From the NCBI GenBank assembly GCA_963422625.1, contig OY730416.1:835607-899606 (forward strand): 64,000 nucleotides of DNA, read 5' to 3'. The notes below the pieces were generated by a model that had not been told where the DNA came from, did no database searches, and saw only the letters and a list, made by a program, of their open reading frames with translations. Both the position numbers and the translations under genes were made by a program. This document shows, one piece after another, positions 36,838 to 47,113 of this stretch (the stretch's first letter is position 1; every line of letters starts with the position of its first letter). This DNA is from an uncultured Ferruginibacter sp. (lineage in GTDB: Bacteria > Bacteroidota > Bacteroidia > Chitinophagales > Chitinophagaceae).

Positions 36838-39216
36838 CTAATTGCGTAAAGGCTTTCCACTCTTCAACACACTCTGAATCCTTTCCAAAGTTTTCTTCTC
36901 ACCCGTTAAGCTTAAAAAAGCTTCTCTTTCCAGGTCAAGTAAATATTGTTCACTTACTAATTGTTGTTCGCTTAAATCTCCGCCGCACATTACATAGGCT
37001 AATTTTTTTGCTACAGTCACGTCGTGGTCGGTGGCGTAATTGGCACGCCACATGCCGTTAATACCAGCATGCATAGCGCCCAATGCACTACGCCCTAAAA
37101 CTTTTATATCAGTTCGCTGTACCGGCATTACATAGCCATCATCATACAATTCAATAACGGCCTGTTTGGCTTCCGCAATTCTGCGGCCCTGGTTGATGCT
37201 CACCAGATCATTTCCTTTTCTGTAAATGCCCAGATCAAATGCCTCATAAGCAGAAGTGCCCACTTTTGCAGTGGCAATAGTTAAGAAACGATTTTGTAAG
37301 GTTAAAGTATCCACTTCGCCATCATGCATTTCGTCTGCGGCACGTAATACAAATTCTTTTGTGCCACCGCCACCGGGAATTACACCAATACCCACTTCCA
37401 CCAAACCGGTATAGGTTTCTGCTGCAGGAATTACTTTGTCCGCATGCAAACACATTTCGCAACTGCCACCTAATGCTAAACCATGTGGTGCCAACACCAC
37501 CGGTATGCCGGAATAACGTACCCTCATCATGGTGTTTTGAAACATGCGTATCGCCATATCAATTTCATCATAATCCTGTTCAATAGCTAGCATAAATATC
37601 ATACCCACATTGGCGCCGGCGCTAAAGTTGGGGCCATCATTACCAATCACCAGTCCTTTATACTTTTCCTCGGCAATTGAAATTGATTTTTGGATACCTT
37701 CTAAAACTTCGCCCCCAATGCTGCCCATTTTGGTGTACCATTCCAGGCCAAGTACATCATCGCCCAAATGATAGGTGCGGCAGGCACTGTTCTTCCAAAT
37801 GGTTTGATTGCTGAAGTTCTTCATCACAATAAATGCGTCTGCACCCGGTAATGCCTTGTAGTCCTTACTGGTTACGTCGTAGCATAAACGCTTTCCGTTT
37901 TCTACTTTGTAAAAAGAAGTATTTCCGGCTGCAATCATTTCATCCACCCAGGCTGCTACTTTATACCCGGCTGTTTTCATTGCGGCTGTAGTTTTTGCCA
38001 CGCCCAATACGTCCCAGCTCTCAAAAGCGCCGATCTCCCAGCCAAAACCAGCCATCATACCATCATCCACCCGGTAAAGTTCATCACTTATTTCGGGGAT
38101 GCGGTGACTGATGTAAGAAAATAAACTGTAATGAAACTGGCGGTAAAATTCGCCAGCTTTGTCTGTGCCTGCACACAAGGCTTTCAATCTTGATGCCAAA
38201 TCTTCAATAGGCTTAGCCGTTTCTAATGTTGCAAATTTTGGTTTTTGCCTTGGCCCGTATTCCAGTGTTTGCAGGTTCAGCGTTAAAATTTCTTTTTCGC
38301 CGGTTGCAGATTTTGTCTTCTTAAAAAAACCCTGGCCCGTTTTATCGCCCAGCCAGTTATTCTCCACCATTTTATTTAACCACGCCGGAATAGCGAATAC
38401 AGCTTTTGCTTCATCATCAGGACAATTATCTGCAACACCTTTGGCAACTTTTACCAGAGTATCAATGCCCACAACATCCGCCGTTCTAAAAGTGGCAGAC
38501 TTGGGACGGCCAATAACCGGGCCTGTCAACGCTTCTATCTCATCAATATTCAAATGCAATTTTTCCATGGCATTCATAATGGCCATCATACCAAATACGC
38601 CTACACGATTAGCAATAAATGCAGGAGTATCTTTACACAATACTGTTGTTTTACCTAAATACAGATCACCATAGTGCAATAAAAAATCAACAATTTCCGG
38701 ATCGGTAAATGGCGTGGGAATAATTTCTAATAAGCGCAAATACCTTGGCGGATTAAAAAAGTGTGTGCCGCAAAAATGTTTTTTAAAATCGTCGCTCCTG
38801 CCTTCTGCCATCATGTGAATGGGAATGCCGGATGTATTGGAAGTTATTAATGTACCGGGCTTGCGGTATTTTTCTACTTCGGCAAATACCGACTGCTTAA
38901 TGTCTAACCTTTCTACCACTACTTCTATCACCCAATCGCAACTGGATATATCTTTCATGTTATCTGTAAAGTTGCCGGTCTTAATTTTTTTTATTGCATC
39001 CTTTGTATATACTGGCGATGGATTACTTTTTATGGCGGCTGCCAAAGCATCATTCACAATTTTATTTTTTTCTGCAGGTTTAGCATCTGCTGCAAGATCT
39101 TTGGGTTGAATGTCTAACAATAATACTTGTAAACCTACACCTGCAAAGTGGCAGGCAATACGGCTACCCATTACGCCGCTACCTAAAACCGCTACTTTTT
39201 TAATAATTCTTTTCAT
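36838..39216 (-). CDS. 3-hydroxyacyl-CoA dehydrogenase / enoyl-CoA hydratase fusion protein (FadB/FadJ-like, with the dehydrogenase domain first)
   Basis: From the ATG at 39216 the protein starts MKRIIKKVAVLGSGVMGSRIACHFA (NAD Rossmann motif). The 3HCDH signature region is TSNTSGIPI...FCGTHFFNPPRYLRLLEIIP, and the C-terminal part is crotonase-like. The track ORF carries 32 extra N-terminal codons. Confidence 0.88.
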   Translation of the reverse strand: MKRIIKKVAVLGSGVMGSRIACHFAGVGLQVLLLDIQPKDLAADAKPAEKNKIVNDALAAAIKSNPSPVYTKDAIKKIKTGNFTDNMKDISSCDWVIEVVVERLDIKQSVFAEVEKYRKPGTLITSNTSGIPIHMMAEGRSDDFKKHFCGTHFFNPPRYLRLLEIIPTPFTDPEIVDFLLHYGDLYLGKTTVLCKDTPAFIANRVGVFGMMAIMNAMEKLHLNIDEIEALTGPVIGRPKSATFRTADVVGIDTLVKVAKGVADNCPDDEAKAVFAIPAWLNKMVENNWLGDKTGQGFFKKTKSATGEKEILTLNLQTLEYGPRQKPKFATLETAKPIEDLASRLKALCAGTDKAGEFYRQFHYSLFSYISHRIPEISDELYRVDDGMMAGFGWEIGAFESWDVLGVAKTTAAMKTAGYKVAAWVDEMIAAGNTSFYKVENGKRLCYDVTSKDYKALPGADAFIVMKNFSNQTIWKNSACRTYHLGDDVLGLEWYTKMGSIGGEVLEGIQKSISIAEEKYKGLVIGNDGPNFSAGANVGMIFMLAIEQDYDEIDMAIRMFQNTMMRVRYSGIPVVLAPHGLALGGSCEMCLHADKVIPAAETYTGLVEVGIGVIPGGGGTKEFVLRAADEMHDGEVDTLTLQNRFLTIATAKVGTSAYEAFDLGIYRKGNDLVSINQGRRIAEAKQAVIELYDDGYVMPVQRTDIKVLGRSALGAMHAGINGMWRANYATDHDVTVAKKLAYVMCGGDLSEQQLVSEQYLLDLEREAFLSLTGEKKTLERIQSVLKSGKPLRN

Positions 39217-39349
39217 GTGTTTATTTTTATTATCCCGGTCACATGAAACGCTCCTGCTAAGATGGTAAGTTAGAAACACTTTCTTTACAGGCGCTATTTC
39301 ATATAACAGCAATTGATTTATGTATTAGCAAAAATAATCCTCTTTACTG

Positions 39350-39375
39350 AAATTAGTTAGCTAAACAACTAATTT
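39350..39375. promoter_or_regulatory. Perfect 9-bp inverted repeat upstream of the fadB-like gene (candidate operator)
   Basis: The sequence is aaattagtt-agctaaac-aactaattt, located about 135-160 bp upstream of the start at 39216. Confidence 0.3.
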
Positions 39376-39575
39376 TATTCGAAGGTAAGGTGAAAGAGGG
39401 AAAAAACGCAAAAGACCGTATAATTAACATACTAAGATTCGAAAAACTACGTTTATGTTCTTTCAGGGGCAATTTTGCCTTGTTCTTTACATAACATTTA
39501 TAACCCATTTAATTAAACTATAAATATTGATACTGTTTTACTGAAGTGTATAGTCTTACCTGATCATCCAATGCC

Positions 39576-41417
39576 ATGAAGCCATTAGCCAACAAACAAA
39601 CAGATAACCCGGATACTTTCCTGAGCGTAAGCTATAAGGCTGGCGAAAGTATGTCAGCCGGCATAAATACTTCAGGTGATAGTGTTATTATTACCAACAC
39701 CCAGTTTTACATTACTGGCTTTAATAAAGCCGCAGCATCGGCTTTTGCTTTGTCTGAAAATAATTTTGCTACGGTTACATTAAGTGATGCTATCAAATTC
39801 TCCTTTAAAAATACCTCCCGTTATATTGCCTTATCATCGTTATTTAAAAAAGGCAGCTGGAGCGGAGAAATAATTTTTACACATCCGTCGGGCCAGCAAT
39901 TTAATTTTTACAGCACCGCTACTTTAATCAATAATAATAATTCGGTTATTATAAGCAACAAGCTTATTGAACCTGCAGTAAGCAGCCAACAACTTGCTCT
40001 TCCGCTGGCTCAAACAGCGGCAACTATTTTTAGCGTTTTTATGGAACACAGCCAAACTGGTTGCTGGATTTATGATGAAAACGATTATGTAGTTTTTGCA
40101 AACAGCGCTTACACCGATTCCACCGGCTTTGAAGGCAGCCCGATCGGTAAACACCTTTCCGAAATTTTTCCTGCAAAGCTTGCAGATAAATTAATTGCAA
40201 GGAATAAAGTAACTATTAAAAATAACACGTCTCAAATAACTGAACACGCCCTTACAAAACCCGACGGCTCTGTTATACATTTTGTATCCAACAGTTTTAG
40301 TTTTAAAACTGCCGATGGTAAACGTTACATTGGCGGCCAGGCAATTGATATTACCGACAGAAAAAACAGTGAAGAACAGATAAAAAAAATTCACGAACGT
40401 TTTACTTATGCTATCAATGCCACTTCTGAAGCGGTATGGGACCTTGACCTGCAGACCAATGAAATATACAGGAGCGATGCTTTTTATAAAATTTCAGGCT
40501 ATAGCAAAGAGGAGGTAAACGGTAATATCGACTGGTGGTTCAACAAAATTCACCCTGAGGATAAAGAGCGGGTAAAAAAGAGTTTTGAAAAAGATCTTAT
40601 GGCCGGTAAAAGAAACTGGGCTGATGAATACCGTTTTTTATATGCGGATGGCACTTACCGGGATATTGCCGACAAAGGCTTTGCCATTTATGAAGGCAAA
40701 AAACCTGTACGTTTAATTGGTGCCATACAGGATATTACAGAAAGAAAAAAACTGGAAGCCCAATTGATGAATGAGCAGGTAAAAAAACAAAAGCTCATTA
40801 ACCAGGCCACTATTGAAGCGCAGGAAAAAGAACGCGGCATGATAAGTGAAGAACTTCATGATAATGTAAACCAGCTTTTAATGAGCGCCCGCTTACATAT
40901 TGGTGCTGCTAAAAAAAGTGACATACAGGAAGAATTACTGGATAAAGCTTCGGATTATTTATTGCAGGCCGTGGAAGAAATCAGGAGTCTGTCTAAAAAA
41001 TTAAATACTTCTATTGTAAGATCTGTGGGGCTTGAACAAAGTATTTTTGATATTACCCGTAACATGAAACAGTTTAACGACATCACTGTTGTTGTTGATA
41101 TTGACAAAAATGTAATTGATAAGCTAACACAAGAACAGCAACTCGTTATTTTCAGGATAATACAGGAACAAAGTAATAATATCATCAAATATTCAAGGGC
41201 AGCGCAGGCAAATATTTCTTTATCAGAAAAAAATAACCAGTGCAGCCTTGTGATCAGCGATAACGGTATTGGCTTTGATAAAGAAAAACAAAAAGCCAAT
41301 GGCATTGGCTTTATTAATATCTTCAACAGGATTGATGCCTATAATGGTAAAGTAGAGATCATCACTTATCCCGATAATGGCTGCACACTAAATATTTCTA
41401 TGCCTTACATGGTATAG
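39576..41417 (+). CDS. Cytoplasmic PAS-domain sensor histidine kinase (HisKA_3 / NarL-partner type)
   Basis: The 613-aa protein has no TM helix and has PAS-like repeats. The H-box is EKERGMISEELHDNVNQLL, and the HATPase motifs are IIQEQSNNIIKYS, SDNGIGFD and GIGFINIFNR. Confidence 0.85.
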   Translation: MKPLANKQTDNPDTFLSVSYKAGESMSAGINTSGDSVIITNTQFYITGFNKAAASAFALSENNFATVTLSDAIKFSFKNTSRYIALSSLFKKGSWSGEIIFTHPSGQQFNFYSTATLINNNNSVIISNKLIEPAVSSQQLALPLAQTAATIFSVFMEHSQTGCWIYDENDYVVFANSAYTDSTGFEGSPIGKHLSEIFPAKLADKLIARNKVTIKNNTSQITEHALTKPDGSVIHFVSNSFSFKTADGKRYIGGQAIDITDRKNSEEQIKKIHERFTYAINATSEAVWDLDLQTNEIYRSDAFYKISGYSKEEVNGNIDWWFNKIHPEDKERVKKSFEKDLMAGKRNWADEYRFLYADGTYRDIADKGFAIYEGKKPVRLIGAIQDITERKKLEAQLMNEQVKKQKLINQATIEAQEKERGMISEELHDNVNQLLMSARLHIGAAKKSDIQEELLDKASDYLLQAVEEIRSLSKKLNTSIVRSVGLEQSIFDITRNMKQFNDITVVVDIDKNVIDKLTQEQQLVIFRIIQEQSNNIIKYSRAAQANISLSEKNNQCSLVISDNGIGFDKEKQKANGIGFINIFNRIDAYNGKVEIITYPDNGCTLNISMPYMV

Positions 41418-41422
41418 TTATT

Positions 41423-43558
41423 TTAACTAACCCCTGCCCCGGCATTTATAACAGTTTCCGGTTTTACAAAATGTAATTTCCCTTCGCTGTCTTCTGCCAT
41501 TAATATCATACCATTACTTTCTATGCCTCTCATTTTACGTGGCGCAAGATTGGTTACCACGGTTACCTGTTTGCCCACAATATCTTCCGGCTTAAAATGC
41601 AATGCTATACCCGATACTATAATCCTTTTTTCAAAACCAAGGTCTACCTCCAGCTTTAGCAGTTTATCTGCCTTCTCTACTTTTTCTGCTGCAAGGATTG
41701 TACCTACTTTTAAATCGATCTTTGCAAAATCATCAAAAACGATTTCGGATTTTAGATTTGTGATCTCAGATTTTTTTTCTTCCACTTTAATTGTTTTTTG
41801 TGCTGCGGGTTTTGAATTGGCTTTTAATTTTTCTAACTGTGCAGCTATTTCGTCATCTTCAATTTTTCTAAACAGCAATTGCGGCTCTCTTAAAGTATAA
41901 CCCACACTAAGTAATTTTATCTTGCCTGCATTTTCCCAGTCCAGCATCTTATCCACCACCTTCATCATACCAAGCATTTTCTTTGCTGTGTTGGGCAAAA
42001 ACGGATTTACCAAAACAGCCAGGTTAGCCGTTAACTGCAAACAAAGGTGCAATGCATTATCAATTAATTTTTGATTGCCCGGGTTTTCAGCTAAAGTTTT
42101 TGCAACTATCCAGGGTTCTTTTTTCTGCATGTATTGATTACCTTTTCTACTAAGATCGATCACTTCAAATAATGCATCCCGAAATTTATATTCTTCCAGT
42201 AAACTTTCAATTTTTGTTTTTGCATTTTTAATTTCTTCCATCAATGTTTTGTCATTATCATCCAAAATATCAGTATGCAATGGCGGCACTTTGCTGTTAC
42301 ATAACTTATGCATCAGCACCCATGCCCTGTTCACAAAATTCCCAAAAATGCTTACCAGTTCGCTGTTCACCGCATCCTGAAAACCTTTCCATGTAAATTC
42401 ACTGTCTTTAGTTTCGGGTGCAATTTGCGTAAGGTAATAACGCAGCATATCCACCGTTTGCGCACCTCCATTTTCCCCACCGGGCCCTGCGGGCTTTTTT
42501 ACAAAATCGTTGATGTAATCTCTCATATCCAGCTTCCAGTTGCGGCTGGTGCTCATCTTATCGCCTTCTAAATTTAAAAATTCGTTGGCAGGCACATTGG
42601 CAGGTAAAATATTACCATGCAGCTTCAGCATCACCGGAAAAATTATGCAATGAAAAACGATATTGTCTTTACCAATAAAATGCACCAGTTTGGTATCAGC
42701 GTCGTACCAGTAAGGTTTCCAGTCTTTATTAGTATTGATGGCCCATTGCTTTGTAGCGCTGATATAACCGATGGGTGCATCAAACCATACATATAATACT
42801 TTTCCATCAGCCCCTTTCACCGGCACTTTAATTCCCCAGTCTAAATCCCTGGTAACAGCTCTTGATTGTAGCCCTCCCTCTATCCATCCTTTACACTGGC
42901 CTACCACAGTATTGCGCCAGTCGTCTTTATGTTCTTCCAATATCCATTGGCGCAAAAATTCTTCATGTTTACCCAATGGCAAATACCAGTGCGTAGTTTT
43001 TTTCTTTATTGGTGTGTTGCCACTTAAAGTACTAACGGGATTAATGAGTTCATCCGGACTTAGCGCTGTTCCGCAGTTCTCACACTGATCTCCAAACGCA
43101 CGGTCGCTGCCACAATTTGGGCAGGTACCTTTAATATAGCGGTCGGCCAAAAATGTATTGGAAGCCTCATCATAAAACTGTTCTGTTTCCTTTGTTTCCA
43201 GCTCACCGGCATCATTCAATTTGGTGAAAAATTCCTGCGCTGTTTCGTGATGCAGCGGACTGCTGGTGCGGTGATATATATCAAAAGAAATGGACAGGTC
43301 TTCAAAATCCTGTTTCATTGCTTCATGATACTTATCAATAATGGCCTGCGCCGTTGTGCCTTCCTTCATAGCCTGGATGGGAATGGCTGTACCATGTTCG
43401 TCACTGCCGCATACAAAAACCACGTCACGCTTTTGGGCACGCAGGTAGCGAACGTAAATATCTGCAGGAATATATGCGCCGGCCAAATGGCCAATATGTT
43501 TTAAACCATTGGCATAAGGCAGCGCCGAAGTAATTAAATATCTTTTTGGATTGTTCAT
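41423..43558 (-). CDS. metG: Methionine--tRNA ligase
   Basis: The 711-aa protein has the class I motifs PYANGLKHIGHLAG and KMSTS, plus zinc knuckles CPNCGSD...CENCG. Its C-terminal Trbp111/EMAP-like tRNA-binding domain reads FAKIDLKVGTILAAEKVEKADKLLKLEVDLG. Confidence 0.97.
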   Translation of the reverse strand: MNNPKRYLITSALPYANGLKHIGHLAGAYIPADIYVRYLRAQKRDVVFVCGSDEHGTAIPIQAMKEGTTAQAIIDKYHEAMKQDFEDLSISFDIYHRTSSPLHHETAQEFFTKLNDAGELETKETEQFYDEASNTFLADRYIKGTCPNCGSDRAFGDQCENCGTALSPDELINPVSTLSGNTPIKKKTTHWYLPLGKHEEFLRQWILEEHKDDWRNTVVGQCKGWIEGGLQSRAVTRDLDWGIKVPVKGADGKVLYVWFDAPIGYISATKQWAINTNKDWKPYWYDADTKLVHFIGKDNIVFHCIIFPVMLKLHGNILPANVPANEFLNLEGDKMSTSRNWKLDMRDYINDFVKKPAGPGGENGGAQTVDMLRYYLTQIAPETKDSEFTWKGFQDAVNSELVSIFGNFVNRAWVLMHKLCNSKVPPLHTDILDDNDKTLMEEIKNAKTKIESLLEEYKFRDALFEVIDLSRKGNQYMQKKEPWIVAKTLAENPGNQKLIDNALHLCLQLTANLAVLVNPFLPNTAKKMLGMMKVVDKMLDWENAGKIKLLSVGYTLREPQLLFRKIEDDEIAAQLEKLKANSKPAAQKTIKVEEKKSEITNLKSEIVFDDFAKIDLKVGTILAAEKVEKADKLLKLEVDLGFEKRIIVSGIALHFKPEDIVGKQVTVVTNLAPRKMRGIESNGMILMAEDSEGKLHFVKPETVINAGAGVS

Positions 43559-43610
43559 TGCGCTGCAAAATTACCGAAAGCAGGGGCAATACCCAAACAA
43601 ATTGGGAAAT

Positions 43611-43779
43611 GGCACGCAGAGGGGCAGAGAACGCAGAGGTGAGTAAATAAAGTAACAAGTATGGAATGTGACAACTCCCTGTCCTTTGCATGTTACCTGC
43701 CTAGCAATTATGCAGGAACTTATAAATCCTATAAAGTTTAATTACTTATTTCCCGCGACCTCTGCTCCTCTGCGTGCCA
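43611..43779. repeat. Long-range imperfect inverted repeat (arms of about 40 bp) enclosing about 80 bp, in the metG/bglX intergenic region
   Basis: The left arm is ggcacgcagaggggcagagaacgcagaggtgagtaaataaagtaac. The reverse complement of the right arm is ggcacgcagaggagcagaggtcgcgggaaataagtaattaaac. Confidence 0.6.
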
Positions 43780-43789
43780 CCTAAAACAA

Positions 43790-43822
43790 CAAAGCCCCTG
43801 CATTATGCAAAGGCTTTTGTTT
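43790..43822 (-). terminator. Rho-independent terminator after the GH3 gene
   Basis: The minus-strand RNA forms gccuuugca-uaa-ugcaggggc (9 bp including two G-U pairs), followed by UUUGUUGUUUU. Confidence 0.6.
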
Positions 43823-43854
43823 TACTTGAACTGAATATCGCAGTTATTGAATTT

Positions 43855-46182
43855 TTACTTTTTTAATTCATTGATCTCAACCTGTGGCACTAATACTTTA
43901 TGGCATTTTTCCACCAACAGTTCCTTACTCAACGAAAACGAATTTTTTTGCAAAATATTTTCCGATGATGCGCCAACTTTTACTATGTAAGTTCCTGCTT
44001 CTGCCACCCAACTGGTTGATGGAGTATCAAATGAAGCCAGGTCTTTTGACGTAATTTCAAACTGCAGGGTTTGCTTTTGACCCGGTTGTAATAAATTGGT
44101 TTTATCAAATGCTTTTAATTCTTCAGCCGGCTTTTGTAACTTATTTGCCGGGGCAGTAATGTATAATTGCACCACTTCTTTTCCTGCAACTGTTCCAGTA
44201 TTTTTTACATCAACTGTTGCAATAATTTTTCCATTGAAGGATGTGCTGCTCAATCTTAAATTACTGTACTCAAAATTAGTATAGCTTAAACCGTAACCAA
44301 ATTCATACACCGGCTTTACATTAAATGAATTGTAAAAGCGGTAACCAACATAAATACCTTCTTCGTAAGTTACCTCTGCAGGCATTTGGGGCATGCCTAA
44401 TAATCCTTTTGTTGCCTGGTCGGGAAATTCTTTACCCGGGAAATTTTTTGCCGTAACATCATCTTCATATTTTACAGGAAAGGTGTTGGCCAGCTTACCA
44501 CTTGGGTTTACTTTACCACTTAAAATATCTGCTACTGCATTACCTGCTTCCAGCCCCGGCTGCCAGCTAAGCAATATGGCATCCACTTTATCCTTCCAGC
44601 TTGCCGTTTCAATTACACCACCAGCATTAATTATTACCACTACTTTTTTATTTTTTGCATGAAACGCATTACTCACATCATCGATCAATTTTATTTCTGC
44701 TGCTTTTAAATTAAAATCATTTTCTACTTTTCGGTCGCTTCCTTCACCTGCATTGCGGCCAATGGTGATAAGGGCAATATCATCAGTTGCTGCTTTAGTG
44801 GCAAATAAATTTTCCTCAATGGGCATTTCAGTAATGCGTGGTGTAGGATTAAAGAATTCTTCAAAGAAAGTCTTCTTAGGCTGCTTTGCTTTTTCTTCAG
44901 CCACATAAGTTTGATAAGCCCTGCTGATATCTTCATCCATTTTATATCCGGCATTGGATAAACCCTGCACTAATGAAATAGTATATGCCTCATTTACATC
45001 GCCGCTGCCGGTACCACCACTCACAAAATCGTAAGATGTAATTCCAAATGCAGCAATATTTTTTGTTGCCCTGGCAACCGGCAAGGTTTGTGCATTATTT
45101 TTTAAAAGCACCATTCCTTCTGCAGCCGCATTGCGTGCAATTGCTGCATGCGCTTTTAAACCGGGTTTATTGCTGAATGCATATTTCTTAAATGCCGGTG
45201 TACGCAAAATATAATTTACAATCCTTTCAGCATTTTCGTCAATCACTTTAATATCCAAACTACCATTGTTAACTGCATCTGTTATCGCTTTTTTTTGTTC
45301 CGGTGTACCGGGCATTAGCAGGTCATTACCGGCTTTCATTTGTGCCACCGCATCTTTACCACCAAACCAGTCTGTCATCACCAATCCTTTAAAACCCCAT
45401 TCTTTTCTTAAAATTGTAGTAAGCAAATCATATTCTTCTGATGTATAAACCCCATTTAATTTGTTGTACGAGCTCATAATCGTCCACGGGTTAGATTCTT
45501 TGACGGTTATCTCAAATCCTTTCAAATAAATTTCTCTTAATGCCCTTTCACTTATTATAGCATTTAAGGTATTCCTGTTGCGCTCCTCATTATTGGCTGC
45601 AAAATGTTTTACAGATGTGCCCACACCATTACTTTGTATTCCGTTTACCATTGCTGCAGCCATCTTTCCTGCAACAAGGGGATCTTCTGAATAATATTCA
45701 AAATTGCGGCCACCTAATGGATTGCGGTGAATATTCATTCCGGGACCTAATAGAACATCTACGCCATATTCTTTTACTTCATTACCCATTGCCTTACCAA
45801 CTTGTGTTACCAGTTTGGTATCCCAGGTAGAAGCCAGCAAAGTAGCCACCGGCCAAGCTGTTGCATAATAAGTATTGTGGTCACCTTCACGTGTGGGGTT
45901 AATGCGTAAGCCTGCAGGCCCGTCAGCCACAACAGTTGTTGGAATACCCAGGTGCGGAATAGCGAAAGTAGTTCCTGCTGCTCCCGGTACTTTATCCTCT
46001 ACCATGCCAATGCCTGTACCATTACCCTGGTCGGCTCCGGGCAGCTTCATGCCCATGCCCACCACAAGGTTCACTTTTTCTTCCAGTGTCATTTTAGCCA
46101 CTATGGCTTTAGCCTTATTATTTTGAGCAGATAGAGAAACGGAGATAAAACCTGTAAACAGGCAGACAAGCATTTTTTTCAT
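43855..46182 (-). CDS. bglX: Glycoside hydrolase family 3 beta-glucosidase (periplasmic)
   Basis: The 775-aa protein has a signal peptide. GH3 motifs include NPLGGRNFEYYSEDP, KHFAANNEE and the nucleophile region GLVMTDW, and there is a C-terminal Fn3-like domain. Confidence 0.92.
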   Translation of the reverse strand: MKKMLVCLFTGFISVSLSAQNNKAKAIVAKMTLEEKVNLVVGMGMKLPGADQGNGTGIGMVEDKVPGAAGTTFAIPHLGIPTTVVADGPAGLRINPTREGDHNTYYATAWPVATLLASTWDTKLVTQVGKAMGNEVKEYGVDVLLGPGMNIHRNPLGGRNFEYYSEDPLVAGKMAAAMVNGIQSNGVGTSVKHFAANNEERNRNTLNAIISERALREIYLKGFEITVKESNPWTIMSSYNKLNGVYTSEEYDLLTTILRKEWGFKGLVMTDWFGGKDAVAQMKAGNDLLMPGTPEQKKAITDAVNNGSLDIKVIDENAERIVNYILRTPAFKKYAFSNKPGLKAHAAIARNAAAEGMVLLKNNAQTLPVARATKNIAAFGITSYDFVSGGTGSGDVNEAYTISLVQGLSNAGYKMDEDISRAYQTYVAEEKAKQPKKTFFEEFFNPTPRITEMPIEENLFATKAATDDIALITIGRNAGEGSDRKVENDFNLKAAEIKLIDDVSNAFHAKNKKVVVIINAGGVIETASWKDKVDAILLSWQPGLEAGNAVADILSGKVNPSGKLANTFPVKYEDDVTAKNFPGKEFPDQATKGLLGMPQMPAEVTYEEGIYVGYRFYNSFNVKPVYEFGYGLSYTNFEYSNLRLSSTSFNGKIIATVDVKNTGTVAGKEVVQLYITAPANKLQKPAEELKAFDKTNLLQPGQKQTLQFEITSKDLASFDTPSTSWVAEAGTYIVKVGASSENILQKNSFSLSKELLVEKCHKVLVPQVEINELKK

Positions 46183-46196
46183 ACAAGCAAATTTTA

Positions 46197-46231
46197 AATT
46201 ATCATTGCGTTATTATGACACAATGATAATT
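46197..46231. promoter_or_regulatory. Perfect 11-bp inverted repeat in the bglX / Nudix-regulator divergent promoter region (candidate operator)
   Basis: The sequence is aattatcattg-cgttattatgaca-caatgataatt. It lies 15 bp from the bglX start and 62 bp from the regulator start. Confidence 0.4.
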
Positions 46232-46292
46232 ATTATTTCCCTAAACAGAAAATTTATTTTTTAATCTGCCCATATTCCATTTACTTTTACGT

Positions 46293-47063
46293 ATGAGTTT
46301 TGAGAAAGAAATAAAAGAGATTTTTGCAAAGGGGCACGAAAAATACCTTCGCAGCGTTTCGGTGGATTGCATCATTTTTGGCTTTCACGAAAATGAATTG
46401 AAAGTATTACTGCTGCAGGCCAAATACGCCGGCATATGGGCATTGCCCGGTGGTTTTATTTTAAAGGAAGAACACATGGACGATGCCGCCAAACGCATTT
46501 TACAACAGCGTACCGGTGTGGATGATATTTACATGCAACAGTTTTACGTTTTTAGCGAACCCGGCCGCTCTACTAAAAAAGCCAACAAACAATTTTTAAA
46601 AAATGTGGGTATAGAAATGGAAGACAGCTGGATGTTTGATCGTTTTATTACTGTTGGGTACACTGCGTTAGTTGATTTTTCCAAAGTACAACCGGTTACT
46701 GATATTCTTTCGTCTGATTGCAAATGGTTCAACATTCATGATATTCCTGAAATGATTCTTGACCATAAAAATATTTTAGATAAGGCCCTGGATAATTTAA
46801 GGCTGCAACTCAACTATCACCCGCTGGGCTATAATTTACTGCCCGAAAAATTCACCATGCCCGAGCTGCAAAAATTATACGAAACCATTTTAGACCGCAA
46901 GCTCGATCGCAGGAATTTTCAACGCAAAATTATGGGCACCGGTATTTTAAAAAGATTGAACGAAACAAAAAAAGGTGTGGCCCACAAAGCGCCGTACTAT
47001 TATAAATTTGATCTGCGTAAATATCAAAAAGCATTGAAAGGCGGTATGGGATTTGAGTTGTAA
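46293..47063 (+). CDS. NrtR-like Nudix-related transcriptional regulator (degenerate Nudix domain plus a C-terminal winged helix)
   Basis: The Nudix-box region GGFILKEEHMDDAAKRILQQRTGV keeps Gx5E but replaces the REUxEE glutamates with RILQQR. The C-terminal ~80 aa (FTMPELQKLYETILDRKLDRRNFQRKI) resemble the NrtR wHTH. Confidence 0.75.
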   Translation: MSFEKEIKEIFAKGHEKYLRSVSVDCIIFGFHENELKVLLLQAKYAGIWALPGGFILKEEHMDDAAKRILQQRTGVDDIYMQQFYVFSEPGRSTKKANKQFLKNVGIEMEDSWMFDRFITVGYTALVDFSKVQPVTDILSSDCKWFNIHDIPEMILDHKNILDKALDNLRLQLNYHPLGYNLLPEKFTMPELQKLYETILDRKLDRRNFQRKIMGTGILKRLNETKKGVAHKAPYYYKFDLRKYQKALKGGMGFEL

Positions 47064-47113
47064 AAAAAGCCGGCACAAAAGTGCCAGCCGGAAATAAAAA
47101 TAACCCTCAAAGT

